Assembly: GCA_947500525.1 (NCBI GenBank) | Contig: CANMSH010000004.1 | Location: 188,783-252,782 of the forward strand | Direction: 5' to 3' | Source: an uncultured Flavobacteriaceae bacterium | Lineage (GTDB): Bacteria; Bacteroidota; Bacteroidia; Flavobacteriales; Flavobacteriaceae | DNA: 64,000 bases | In this document: positions 10,670-19,967 of the stretch, piece after piece | Layout of the letters: every line of letters begins with the position of its first letter | Numbering within the stretch: the stretch's first letter is position 1 | Position numbers and translations under genes: made by a program | Notes under the pieces: model-generated | Told to the model about the DNA's origin: nothing | What the model saw: only the letters and a program-made list of their open reading frames with translations | The model's database searches: none

Positions 10670-12610
10670 TTGAACAAAAAAATAATCTTGCTATTTTTTT
10701 ACTTTATAGTTTTTAGTGTTTCTTCTCAGAAAAATGAGATAGATAGTTTATCTCAGCGTTTAAAAATTGAAAAAAATAACCAGAAAAAAATAATACTAAA
10801 TATTAATCTATTTGATAAAGTTTATCTCAAGATAAGAGAAAAAGATAGTGCCTTTAAATATTTAAAGACTGCTGAAAATCTCATTAATAATACTACGAGT
10901 GATTCGTTAAAAGTCATAATAGATGTTAATAAGACCCAGTACTATTTAAACAAAGATGTTTATGATAGTGTTTTCTTTTATGCGCAGAAGGTATTAGGTA
11001 TGAAGCAATTATTGCCGAGTACGAAGCTAGTTGGACTCTATAATAACATTGGGTTGGCTAGCTATTATAGATCAAACTATGCAGAAGCTTTAGAAGCGCA
11101 TTTTAATTCATTGAGAGTTTGTGATTCTACAAAGAATGATCGACATAAGACTCAGGTTTTAAATAACATTGGAATTACGTTTATTAAACTAAAAGATTGG
11201 GATAAAGCAGAAATTTATATGAATAAATCTCTTGAGTTGTGCAAACAATTTAATATTAAAAGAGGGATTATTTATACCCTGGGTAACTTAGGACTCATAT
11301 ATAAAAATCAAGAGAGATATGACGAGGCAATCTCGAGTTACTTTGAATCAATTGAGCTTAGTAAAACCTTAAATAATTTAGAGGCAATTGTACGAAATTA
11401 TCTCAATATTGGGGCCCTATATGAAGCCAAAAATGAATATAGAAATGCTTTAGAAACGTACGATAAAGGTCTTGCTAAAGTTGAAGAAATTAATAAAAGC
11501 CAGTTAGAAGCTGATTTGTTTTTGAGTAAGGCGAAGATATACTCCAAACAAGGGAAATTCGTACTAGCGGATAAAAACTTTGCCCAGAGCTTAATGATTT
11601 CTAATGAAGAGGATCTAATAGAGGTCAAGGCCAATACACGATTAGGATTGGCAGATTCTTACGAATTAAGAGGAGATTTTAAAAGAGCCATTTCAGAGAG
11701 AAAGTTATATAGAACTTTACAAGATAGCATACTGAGTAAGGAGCACCTTTCGGATATAAAAGAATTAGAAATTAAATACCAAACTGAAAAAAAGGATAGC
11801 GAATTGGTACAACAGAGTCTGGTGTTAGAAAAGCAGAAATTAACTATTAAAAAAAGTGAATTCCGAAATAGATTGATGATAGCCGTTATTCTATTTCTCG
11901 TGATAATTGCGGGGTCGTTATTCTTTTCTTACCACCAAAGACAGCAGCGTAAAAATCAAGAAATTTTAACCTTAAAAAGAGAACAGCAGGTAAAAACGCT
12001 AGAGTTATTGATGGAAGGAGAAGAAAAAGAACGTATGCGTATTGCAAAAGAACTACACGATGGTGTAAATGTAGATCTGTCGGCCATAAAATATAAACTC
12101 ACATCTTTGTTAGAAAAGAACAATCAAGTTATAAATGAAGCGGTTACTATGATTGATAAATCATGTGAGCAAGTACGCGCAATATCACATAATTTAATTC
12201 CTCCTTCCTTGAAAGACTTTAGTTTGATAGAAACCATAGAAGATTTTTGTACGACGACGAATAATTTGCATACACAAGAGGTTACATTTAACCATATAGG
12301 GGAGGCTATTCATATTTCTAAAAAAGCAGAGGTAAATATTTTTAGAATTGTACAGGAATTGGTGAATAATAGTGTCAAACATGCCGAGGCTACCGAAATT
12401 GCAGTTCAAATTAGTCACCGGGAAAATGTGATTCAGCTAACGGTAGAAGATAATGGAAAAGGCTTTGATAAAGAAAAAGTTAAGAATGGGGGCATAGGCT
12501 TGCAAAACATCCAATCAAGAGTCGATTATCTAAATGCGAAGTTAGATTTTGATTCAAATGACAAAGGAACTTCGTATATTATAGATATCAATACAAACGA
12601 ATTAGTATGA
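10670..12610 (+). CDS. sensor histidine kinase with extracytoplasmic TPR region (HisKA_3 / HATPase_c)
   Basis: 646 aa, TTG start. N-terminal signal/anchor, ~380 aa of TPR-like repeats, one TM helix (LMIAVILFLVIIAGSLFF). H-box AKELHDGVNVDLSAI, N-box ELVNNSVKHA, G-boxes EDNGKGF and GGIGLQNI. Confidence 0.85.
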   Translation: MNKKIILLFFYFIVFSVSSQKNEIDSLSQRLKIEKNNQKKIILNINLFDKVYLKIREKDSAFKYLKTAENLINNTTSDSLKVIIDVNKTQYYLNKDVYDSVFFYAQKVLGMKQLLPSTKLVGLYNNIGLASYYRSNYAEALEAHFNSLRVCDSTKNDRHKTQVLNNIGITFIKLKDWDKAEIYMNKSLELCKQFNIKRGIIYTLGNLGLIYKNQERYDEAISSYFESIELSKTLNNLEAIVRNYLNIGALYEAKNEYRNALETYDKGLAKVEEINKSQLEADLFLSKAKIYSKQGKFVLADKNFAQSLMISNEEDLIEVKANTRLGLADSYELRGDFKRAISERKLYRTLQDSILSKEHLSDIKELEIKYQTEKKDSELVQQSLVLEKQKLTIKKSEFRNRLMIAVILFLVIIAGSLFFSYHQRQQRKNQEILTLKREQQVKTLELLMEGEEKERMRIAKELHDGVNVDLSAIKYKLTSLLEKNNQVINEAVTMIDKSCEQVRAISHNLIPPSLKDFSLIETIEDFCTTTNNLHTQEVTFNHIGEAIHISKKAEVNIFRIVQELVNNSVKHAEATEIAVQISHRENVIQLTVEDNGKGFDKEKVKNGGIGLQNIQSRVDYLNAKLDFDSNDKGTSYIIDINTNELV

Positions 12611-13245
12611 CCATAAAAATTGCCTTAACGGATGATCATCCCATGGTGCTGAAAGGTATTCAATCTATGTTGGCCGATACAAAAGAGGTTACGTTTGTTG
12701 GTGTCTATAATAATGCAACAGAGACTATCGATAATATCGAAAATGACCAACCAGATATTTTATTATTGGATATCAATTTGCCAGATATGAATGGCATTGA
12801 TCTTTGTAAAAAACTCAAAAAAAATAATGAGTTACTAAAGATTATTGCCATTTCAAATTTTGACGAAATTTCTTTTGTAAAAAGAATGCTAAACAATGGT
12901 GCCAGTGGATATTTGTTAAAAAACACCGATAAGTTGGAGTTACTAGAGGCGTTTAAAACGGTACTATCAGATGAACAATACTTGCAAAAAGACATTCAAA
13001 AAAAATTATTGAATCAGACCTTAGGTAAAAAAACAAAGAATACATTATTTACAAAACTGACACGTAGGGAAGAGGAAGTATTACATGCGATCTCAGAAGA
13101 ATTGACAACGCAAGAAATTTCTGAAAAATTATTTATAAGTCCGAAGACTGTAGAAACACATCGCATGAATTTGATGAGTAAACTCGGGGCAAAAAATAGT
13201 GTAGGCATCATAAAAACGGCCATAGAAAAAGGCTTGCTAAATTGA
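12607..13245 (+). CDS. NarL/FixJ (LuxR-type) response regulator
   Basis: 212 aa. Receiver motifs DDHPMV and LLLDINLPDMNG. C-terminal LuxR HTH LTRREEEVLHAISEELTTQEISEKLFISPKTVETHR. 4-nt overlap with the kinase stop. Confidence 0.9.
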   Translation: MTIKIALTDDHPMVLKGIQSMLADTKEVTFVGVYNNATETIDNIENDQPDILLLDINLPDMNGIDLCKKLKKNNELLKIIAISNFDEISFVKRMLNNGASGYLLKNTDKLELLEAFKTVLSDEQYLQKDIQKKLLNQTLGKKTKNTLFTKLTRREEEVLHAISEELTTQEISEKLFISPKTVETHRMNLMSKLGAKNSVGIIKTAIEKGLLN

Positions 13246-13281
13246 ATTAACAAGCCTTCTGGTATATTGTTGAATGTAGCT

Positions 13282-14910
13282 TTATGAAACCAACATTGTT
13301 ACCGGATTTTCAATATAACCTCTTAAAGTTTGTAAGAATTGTGCACCAGTGGCACCATCAACAGTTCTATGATCACAAGCCATGGTCAATTTCATGGTAT
13401 TGCCAACTACTATTTGTCCGTCTTTTACAATTGGTTTTTGAACAATCGCTCCAACAGATAAAATAGCTGAGTTTGGTTGATTAATAATAGACGTAAAATC
13501 TGTAATACCAAACATCCCTAAATTAGAAATCGTAAACGTACTTCCTTCCATTTCTTGAGGAGTCAATTTCTTATTTCGAGCTTTTCCTGCATATTCTCTT
13601 ACCTGCGCTCCAATTTGTGGTAGCGTTTGCTCATTCGCAAAGCGCACAACTGGTACAAGTAATCCATCTTCTACTGCAACAGCAACACCAATATGTACGT
13701 GATGATTCTTTTTAATTTTATCATCAAACCATTGTGAGTTCACTTGAGGGTGTTCTTTTAAAGCCAATGCGGTCGCTTTTACTACAATATCGTTGAACGA
13801 AATTTTAGTGTCGGGAATTGAATTAAACTGCTTTCTAAATGCAATTGCGTTATCCATATTGAATTCAACATTCAAATAGTAATGCGGTGCTGTGAATTTA
13901 GATTCTCCCAAACGACGCGCAATAACCTTACGCATCTGTGAGTTTGGTGTTTCCTCAAAACTTTCTTGTCCTGTTGGCACGAATGGCATTGCCGCCCTTC
14001 CAGCGGTACCTGGAGTGAAGTTCTCAATATCGCTCTTAACGATTCTACCATTTTCACCGGTACCTTGAACTTGGTTCAAGCTAATGCCCTTTTCTTGTGC
14101 AATTTTCTTTGCCAACGGAGAGGCAAAAATACGACCTCCATCATTGGTTTTTGTAATTGCCGGTGCAGCTGCAGCAATAGGAGTCGCTTTGGCAACTGGC
14201 TCTTCAATTTTCACAGGCTCCGACTTTTCAACTGGAGCAGCTTCAGCCTTAGAAAAGGCACCTTTTTTAATATCTTCAATAACGCCAGAAATATCGGTGC
14301 CTTTAGCACCTATAACAGCCAATACGCTGTCTACCACAGCCGATTCGCCTTCATTAACACCTATATGCAAAAGATTTCCTTCATAGAAAGATTCAAATTC
14401 CATAGTGGCTTTATCAGTTTCTATTTCGGCTAAAATATCACCTTCACTAATGTCGTCACCTACTTTTTTTAACCATGTAGCCACTGTACCTTCAGTCATC
14501 GTGTCACTCAAACGAGGCATTGTAATAATTTCTACTCCATTTGGTAATTTTGCCGAATCAGCATTTTCTGGGATCGATTCTTCTTTTGTCGAGATTTCCT
14601 CTTTCGCAGCTGCGCTTTCCGTCACCTCAGCTTCTTTTGAAGCATTTTCGAGTAATGCAGCAACATCTTCTCCTTTTTCACCAATAATGGCCAGTAACGA
14701 ATCTACTTTTGCAGATTGTCCTTCAAGAATACCAATATGTAATAAAACACCTTCATGAAAAGATTCAAATTCCATTACAGCTTTATCGGTTTCTATTTCG
14801 GCTAAAATATCGCCTTCTTCAATAGTATCTCCAACATTTTTTAACCACTTTGCAACAACACCTTCTTCCATGGTGTCACTTAACCTAGGCATGTTAATTA
14901 TTTCTGCCAT
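13282..14910 (-). CDS. pdhC: dihydrolipoamide acetyltransferase (2-oxo acid dehydrogenase E2), two lipoyl domains
   Basis: 542 aa. Two lipoyl-attachment motifs (EIETDKAVMEFES, EIETDKATMEFES), Ala/Pro/Glu-rich linkers, subunit-binding domain (ASPLAKKIAQEKGI), catalytic CDHRTVDGA. Confidence 0.9.
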   Translation of the reverse strand: MAEIINMPRLSDTMEEGVVAKWLKNVGDTIEEGDILAEIETDKAVMEFESFHEGVLLHIGILEGQSAKVDSLLAIIGEKGEDVAALLENASKEAEVTESAAAKEEISTKEESIPENADSAKLPNGVEIITMPRLSDTMTEGTVATWLKKVGDDISEGDILAEIETDKATMEFESFYEGNLLHIGVNEGESAVVDSVLAVIGAKGTDISGVIEDIKKGAFSKAEAAPVEKSEPVKIEEPVAKATPIAAAAPAITKTNDGGRIFASPLAKKIAQEKGISLNQVQGTGENGRIVKSDIENFTPGTAGRAAMPFVPTGQESFEETPNSQMRKVIARRLGESKFTAPHYYLNVEFNMDNAIAFRKQFNSIPDTKISFNDIVVKATALALKEHPQVNSQWFDDKIKKNHHVHIGVAVAVEDGLLVPVVRFANEQTLPQIGAQVREYAGKARNKKLTPQEMEGSTFTISNLGMFGITDFTSIINQPNSAILSVGAIVQKPIVKDGQIVVGNTMKLTMACDHRTVDGATGAQFLQTLRGYIENPVTMLVS

Positions 14911-14913
14911 AAT

Positions 14914-15909
14914 TTATCTATGTTTTAAAAAAGGATAATCCGTTTGTTCGTATACTACATCATATAATTGCTGCTTTTCTGGGAATGGAGATTCTTCAGC
15001 GAATTTTTCACATTCAGCAACCAATGCTTTTACTTCCTTATTTGTAGCCTCTATTTCGGCATCAGTAGCATACTTTTTCTCTTTGATAATATCTAAAACC
15101 TGTGTAATCGGATCAATTTTTTTGTATTCGGCAACTTCATCTTTTGTTCTATAGTGTTGCGCATCACTCATAGAATGACCTCGGTAACGATATGTTTTCA
15201 TTTCTAAGAATGTTGGTCCGTTTCCTTTACGTGCATGTTCAATAGCTTCGTACATAGCCTCAGCAACTTTCACAGGATTCATACCATCTACCGGTCTACA
15301 AGGCATTTCGTAGCCCAACCCTAATTTCCAAATATCTTCATGATTTGCGGTACGCTCTACTGAGGTGCCCATGGCATAACCATTATTTTCAACGACAAAA
15401 ACAACAGGTAATTTCCAGAGCATTGCCATATTAAAGGTTTCATGCAAGGATCCTTGACGTGCGGCACCATCTCCAAAATAAGTGAGCGTAACAGCATCTT
15501 TATCATGGTATTTATCTCCAAAAGCAATACCTGCTCCTAGCGGAATTTGACCACCAACAATACCATGACCACCATAAAAACGATGTTCTTTTGAGAATAT
15601 ATGCATAGAACCACCCATACCTTTAGAAGTACCAGTTACTTTACCATATAATTCTGCCATGACTCTTTTAGGATCAACACCCATTCCGATGGGTTGAACA
15701 TGGTTACGGTATGCTGTAATCATTTTATCTTTGGTAAGGTCCATCGCATGTAACGAACCAGCTAATACGGCTTCTTGACCGTTATATAAATGTAGAAAAC
15801 CTCTTACTTTTTGTTGGATATATACGGCTGCTAATTTATCTTCAAACTTGCGCCAAAACAGCATGTCTTTATACCAATTGAGATAGGTTTCTTTAGTTAT
15901 TTTTTTCAT
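14914..15909 (-). CDS. pdhA: pyruvate dehydrogenase E1 component, alpha subunit
   Basis: 331 aa. ThDP-binding GDGAARQG...ENNGYAMGT motif and YRYRGHSMSD. 3 nt upstream of E2. Confidence 0.9.
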   Translation of the reverse strand: MKKITKETYLNWYKDMLFWRKFEDKLAAVYIQQKVRGFLHLYNGQEAVLAGSLHAMDLTKDKMITAYRNHVQPIGMGVDPKRVMAELYGKVTGTSKGMGGSMHIFSKEHRFYGGHGIVGGQIPLGAGIAFGDKYHDKDAVTLTYFGDGAARQGSLHETFNMAMLWKLPVVFVVENNGYAMGTSVERTANHEDIWKLGLGYEMPCRPVDGMNPVKVAEAMYEAIEHARKGNGPTFLEMKTYRYRGHSMSDAQHYRTKDEVAEYKKIDPITQVLDIIKEKKYATDAEIEATNKEVKALVAECEKFAEESPFPEKQQLYDVVYEQTDYPFLKHR

Positions 15910-16174
15910 AATAGGAATGTCAATATATACAAACGTAATTACAAAAATACTATTTTAGAAATAGCTATAAAAGAAACATAGCAATTTATTTATACATCGT
16001 TGTAGTAAGTTTTTTCATCAATATTTCTTAAAGAAATTTAACTGTGTTTCTGACTCTTCAGTTTAATAATTTGTACAATCAGATAAGGTGCTGCTATTAA
16101 GCGTGATCACAGTTAGAGTAAAAGTAATAATGATTATATTTTCAATGCTTTATACAATTTAAGGTCGAACTTAA

Positions 16175-19024
16175 TTAAGCCTCAACATAATCTTCAATCG
16201 GATTACATGAACACACTAAATGACGGTCACCGTAGGCATCATCTACACGTCTCACAGGAGGCCAAAACTTGTTTTCGCGAACGAAGTTCAACGGAAAAGC
16301 AGCTTCTTGTCTAGAGTACTTATAATTCCATGTGTCGGCAGTAATCATTTCCTGGGTATGCGGTGCATTTTTCAAGACGGAATCTTCGCCCTCACTATAG
16401 GCTTCTATCTCTTTTTTGATCTCTATTAGAGCGTCACAAAAGCGATCTATTTCATCCTTTGTTTCACTCTCAGTAGGTTCAATCATCAAGGTGCCTGCAA
16501 CAGGAAATGATAAAGTAGGAGCATGGAAACCATAATCCATGAGACGCTTAGCGATATCGGTAACTTCAATACCTTTCGCTTTAAACTCCCTAAAATCAAC
16601 AATCATTTCATGCGCAGCAAAGCCCATTTCACCGGTATATAGAATTTTATAGTGTTGTTCTAAACGCGACTTCATATAATTAGCATTTAAAATGGCATAT
16701 ATAGTAGCATCAGTCAGTCCTTTACTACCTAACATTTTAATGTATGAATATGAAATTAAATCAACCATTGCCGAGCCCCAAGGAGCTGCTGAAATCGCAG
16801 AAATCGCATTTTTCCCTCCTGTTTTAATCATAGGATTTGTAGGTAGAAATTCTGCCAAATGTTCTACAACACAAATAGGTCCAACCCCTGGACCACCGCC
16901 ACCATGTGGAATTGCAAAGGTTTTATGTAAGTTTAAATGACAAACATCAGCACCAATAGTTGCCGGATTCGTCAAGCCTACTTGTGCGTTCATATTAGCA
17001 CCGTCCATGTAGACCTGTCCTCCATTATCATGAATGATTTGAGTAATTTCTTGAATGGCGCTTTCAAATACACCATGTGTTGAAGGATACGTAACCATTA
17101 AAGCAGCTAAGTTGTCTTTATGTAATGTTGCTTTTTCTCTTAGATCCTCAACGTCAATATTACCATTTTCAGAGGTTTTTGTAACGACTACTTTCATTCC
17201 GGCCATAACCGCCGAAGCAGGATTGGTACCATGCGCAGAAGCAGGAATTAAACAGATATTTCGATGTGAATCATTTCTTGATTTATGATACGCTCTAATA
17301 ACCATTAATCCAGCATATTCTCCTTGAGCTCCCGAATTAGGTTGTAGCGAGGTAGCATAAAAACCAGTAATAGTATTTAGAGAAGCCTCTAAACCTTTCA
17401 ACATTTCTTGATAACCTTGTGCCTGATCTAAAGGAATGAACGGATGTAAATTGTTCCATTGACTAGAACTTAAGGGCAACATTTCTGACGCTGCATTTAA
17501 TTTCATCGTACATGAACCGAGAGAAATCATACTATCAGTTAAGGATATATCTTTACGTTCTAATCGTTTGATATAACGCATCATTTCTGTTTCAGAACGA
17601 TACGCGTCGAAAATTTCGTTAACCATAAACGAAGAAGTACGCTCCAAATCTTTAGGGATCAATGAAGTCTTTACTAAAGTATCAATCTTAAAACTTTTCA
17701 CGTTCTCTGCGATCGCAAATAGTCCAATCAACTCATTGAGATCTTGAAGTGACGTAGTTTCATTTAAAGAAATACCAACTGTAGTTGCATCGATATAATG
17801 TAAGTTTATTTCATTTTCTAAGGCTGCTTTTTTGATCACTTCTGAAGAAGTAACCTTAACTTGTAGCGTGTCGAAAGCTCCCGTATTTACTTGTTGTAAA
17901 CCTAGGTTTGTAAATGCTTCATGCAACGTAGTTGTTAATGCATGTATTTTATTAGCTATGTATTTTAATCCCTCTGCACCGTGGTAGACGCCATACATTC
18001 CAGCCATAACAGCTAATAGAACCTGGGCTGTACAAATATTTGAGGTTGCCTTTTCTCTTTTAATATGTTGTTCACGTGTTTGAAGAGCCATTCTTAAGGC
18101 ACGATTACCATTTGCATCAATGGTGACTCCAATAATACGTCCGGGAATTGAACGCTTATAGATTTCTTTCGTAGCGAAATAACCGGCATGTGGTCCTCCA
18201 TATCCCAACGGAATACCAAATCTTTGAGATGTACCAACGGTAACATCAGCACCCATTTCTCCTGGAGATTTTAAAATGGCAAGACTTAATAAGTCAGCTG
18301 CAACAACAACCTTCGTATCATTGGTATGCGCAGTGCTGATAAAGTTTGTATAATCATATACTTGTCCGTGCTTTGCCGGATACTGTACGATAGCGCCAAA
18401 AACATTTGATGTAAATTCAAAAGTTTCATGATCTCCAAATACCAGTTCAATTCCTATCGGTTTTGAGCGTGTTTTTAAAATGGAAACAGTTTGAGGAAGT
18501 ACTTCGTTCGATACAAAGAATTGGTTGGCTCCTTCTTTTTTTTGTGTTCGAGATCTATTACTAAATAATAAGGCCATTGCTTCTGCTGCAGCTGTACCTT
18601 CATCTAAAAGAGAAGAATTCGCTAATTCCATACCTGTTAACTCAGCAATCATCGTTTGATAATTTAGTAAGGCTTCGGCTCTTCCTTGTGAAATTTCGGC
18701 TTGATACGGCGTATAAGAAGTATACCAACTTGGGTTTTCGAATATATTTCTTTGAATAACCGCTGGTAAAATGGTTGGATGATATCCAAGACCAATGTAT
18801 GATTTATATTGCTTGTTTTTTGCTGCTAAATTTTGGATATGAGTACTAAACTCAAATTCACTCATAGGCGCAGGTAAGTCTAGTGCTTTGTTAAGTCGAA
18901 TATGTGAAGGAATAGTTTTATCTATAAGTTCTTCTAATGAATCTACACCTATAGTAGATAGCATTTCATTGACTTCGTTTTCTCTTGGACCTAAGTGTCT
19001 TAACGCAAAAGAATCTGTTTTCAT
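16175..19024 (-). CDS. gcvP: glycine dehydrogenase (decarboxylating), glycine cleavage P protein
   Basis: 949 aa single-chain P protein. PYQAEISQGRAEALLNYQ, and the PLP-lysine region HLNLHKTFAIPHGGGGPG. Confidence 0.97.
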   Translation of the reverse strand: MKTDSFALRHLGPRENEVNEMLSTIGVDSLEELIDKTIPSHIRLNKALDLPAPMSEFEFSTHIQNLAAKNKQYKSYIGLGYHPTILPAVIQRNIFENPSWYTSYTPYQAEISQGRAEALLNYQTMIAELTGMELANSSLLDEGTAAAEAMALLFSNRSRTQKKEGANQFFVSNEVLPQTVSILKTRSKPIGIELVFGDHETFEFTSNVFGAIVQYPAKHGQVYDYTNFISTAHTNDTKVVVAADLLSLAILKSPGEMGADVTVGTSQRFGIPLGYGGPHAGYFATKEIYKRSIPGRIIGVTIDANGNRALRMALQTREQHIKREKATSNICTAQVLLAVMAGMYGVYHGAEGLKYIANKIHALTTTLHEAFTNLGLQQVNTGAFDTLQVKVTSSEVIKKAALENEINLHYIDATTVGISLNETTSLQDLNELIGLFAIAENVKSFKIDTLVKTSLIPKDLERTSSFMVNEIFDAYRSETEMMRYIKRLERKDISLTDSMISLGSCTMKLNAASEMLPLSSSQWNNLHPFIPLDQAQGYQEMLKGLEASLNTITGFYATSLQPNSGAQGEYAGLMVIRAYHKSRNDSHRNICLIPASAHGTNPASAVMAGMKVVVTKTSENGNIDVEDLREKATLHKDNLAALMVTYPSTHGVFESAIQEITQIIHDNGGQVYMDGANMNAQVGLTNPATIGADVCHLNLHKTFAIPHGGGGPGVGPICVVEHLAEFLPTNPMIKTGGKNAISAISAAPWGSAMVDLISYSYIKMLGSKGLTDATIYAILNANYMKSRLEQHYKILYTGEMGFAAHEMIVDFREFKAKGIEVTDIAKRLMDYGFHAPTLSFPVAGTLMIEPTESETKDEIDRFCDALIEIKKEIEAYSEGEDSVLKNAPHTQEMITADTWNYKYSRQEAAFPLNFVRENKFWPPVRRVDDAYGDRHLVCSCNPIEDYVEA

Positions 19025-19148
19025 CGGTTAAATTTAAATGATTTTATAAGGACGAATAATTTCGATCAAAAATAACTAAAAACTACATATTTAATGAGCA
19101 GAATATTGATTATTTTTCACCCAAATTCGTTTTGTTTATTTTTGCTTT

Positions 19149-19967
19149 ATGGGCATGATTTTAAAGCTTTTTAATTTTTATATTTTTGCAAATATTCATG
19201 TCGCTTTGGCAACATTTTCATTGACTAAAGTTAGCCTGTTATTTGTTGGTAATGAACAAAATGAAATTCCTTTGTTTGTTTTTTTCTCTACTATAGTGGC
19301 CTATAATTTTATTCGGTTATATCGAAAGTCTGACATCAAATCATGGTTCTCTAATTGGATCGATAAGAATAAGATAGCCATATTTTCACTGTCGTTTATA
19401 AGTTTACTCGGGATGTGTTACCTGATTTTAGGATTGCGTCTTAAGGCAATAATAAGTTTGATTCCATTTTTTTTAATGACCTTTTTTTATGTAATTCCAA
19501 TTGGTCGTGTTTTTTCTTCAGAAAAGACATTGAGAACCATTTCCGGAATTAAAATATTTCTAATTGCTATTTGTTGGGCAGGTGTGACGGTGATTTTTCC
19601 GTTTATACATTATGATATTGCCATAACGACCGACATGTACATTCTTTTTTTACAACGATTTTTATTTGTGATAATCATAACAATTCCATTCGATTTAAGA
19701 GATCTCTCCCATGATGAGGATACATTAAAAACAATACCTCAATTGGTTGGTGTTGCTCAAGCCAAAAGACTAGGTCTTATTCTACTAATGCTATTTTTAG
19801 GATTAGAAATTCTTATCAACGATCTAACACAACTTAGAATAACCTTTTTAATTGCTCTAATTTCTTTATTTTTTTTGATTCGATCAACTACAAATCAAAG
19901 TAGATATTACAGTGCGTTTTTTGTAGAAGGTATTCCAATCGTGTGGTTGCTATTGTTATTATTTTAG
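19149..19967 (+). CDS. polytopic membrane protein, possibly a divergent UbiA-type prenyltransferase
   Basis: 272 aa, about 8 hydrophobic helices. PFDLRDLSHDED fits the second UbiA Asp-rich motif DxxDxxxD. I do not see the first NDxxDxxxD motif. Confidence 0.4.
   Translation: MGMILKLFNFYIFANIHVALATFSLTKVSLLFVGNEQNEIPLFVFFSTIVAYNFIRLYRKSDIKSWFSNWIDKNKIAIFSLSFISLLGMCYLILGLRLKAIISLIPFFLMTFFYVIPIGRVFSSEKTLRTISGIKIFLIAICWAGVTVIFPFIHYDIAITTDMYILFLQRFLFVIIITIPFDLRDLSHDEDTLKTIPQLVGVAQAKRLGLILLMLFLGLEILINDLTQLRITFLIALISLFFLIRSTTNQSRYYSAFFVEGIPIVWLLLLLF

Noticed and set aside
13229-13258. Hairpin AAGGCTTG-14 nt-CAAGCCTT overlapping the response-regulator stop codon, as a bidirectional terminator
   Set aside because: It has only an 8-bp stem, a large loop and no U-run on either strand. 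That is too weak to call.
13966-14758. Three long plus-strand ORFs (155, 100 and 117 aa) antisense to the E2 acetyltransferase gene
   Set aside because: They lie entirely inside a confidently identified gene. Their products are low-complexity Ser/Ala/Phe-rich mirror images of the Ala/Glu/Pro-rich linker and lipoyl regions. They show no start context or motifs.
13282-15909. PDH E1-alpha and E2 genes adjacent but no E1-beta gene
   Set aside because: As far as I recall, a separately located E1-beta gene is the normal arrangement in Bacteroidota, so this is not an anomaly.
16023-16037. 15-nt perfect palindrome ATTTCTT-a-AAGAAAT about 115 nt upstream of pdhA
   Set aside because: It is a single AT-rich palindrome with no second copy in the window, so it could easily arise by chance in AT-rich intergenic DNA.
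19025-19148. Possible glycine riboswitch upstream of gcvP (also considered upstream of the symporter at 50849-51075)
   Set aside because: I looked for the conserved aptamer cores (GGAGAG ... ACCGAAGGGGCAA-type segments) on the correct strand and found none. The gcvP leader is short and AT-rich. A covariance-model scan would be the decisive test.
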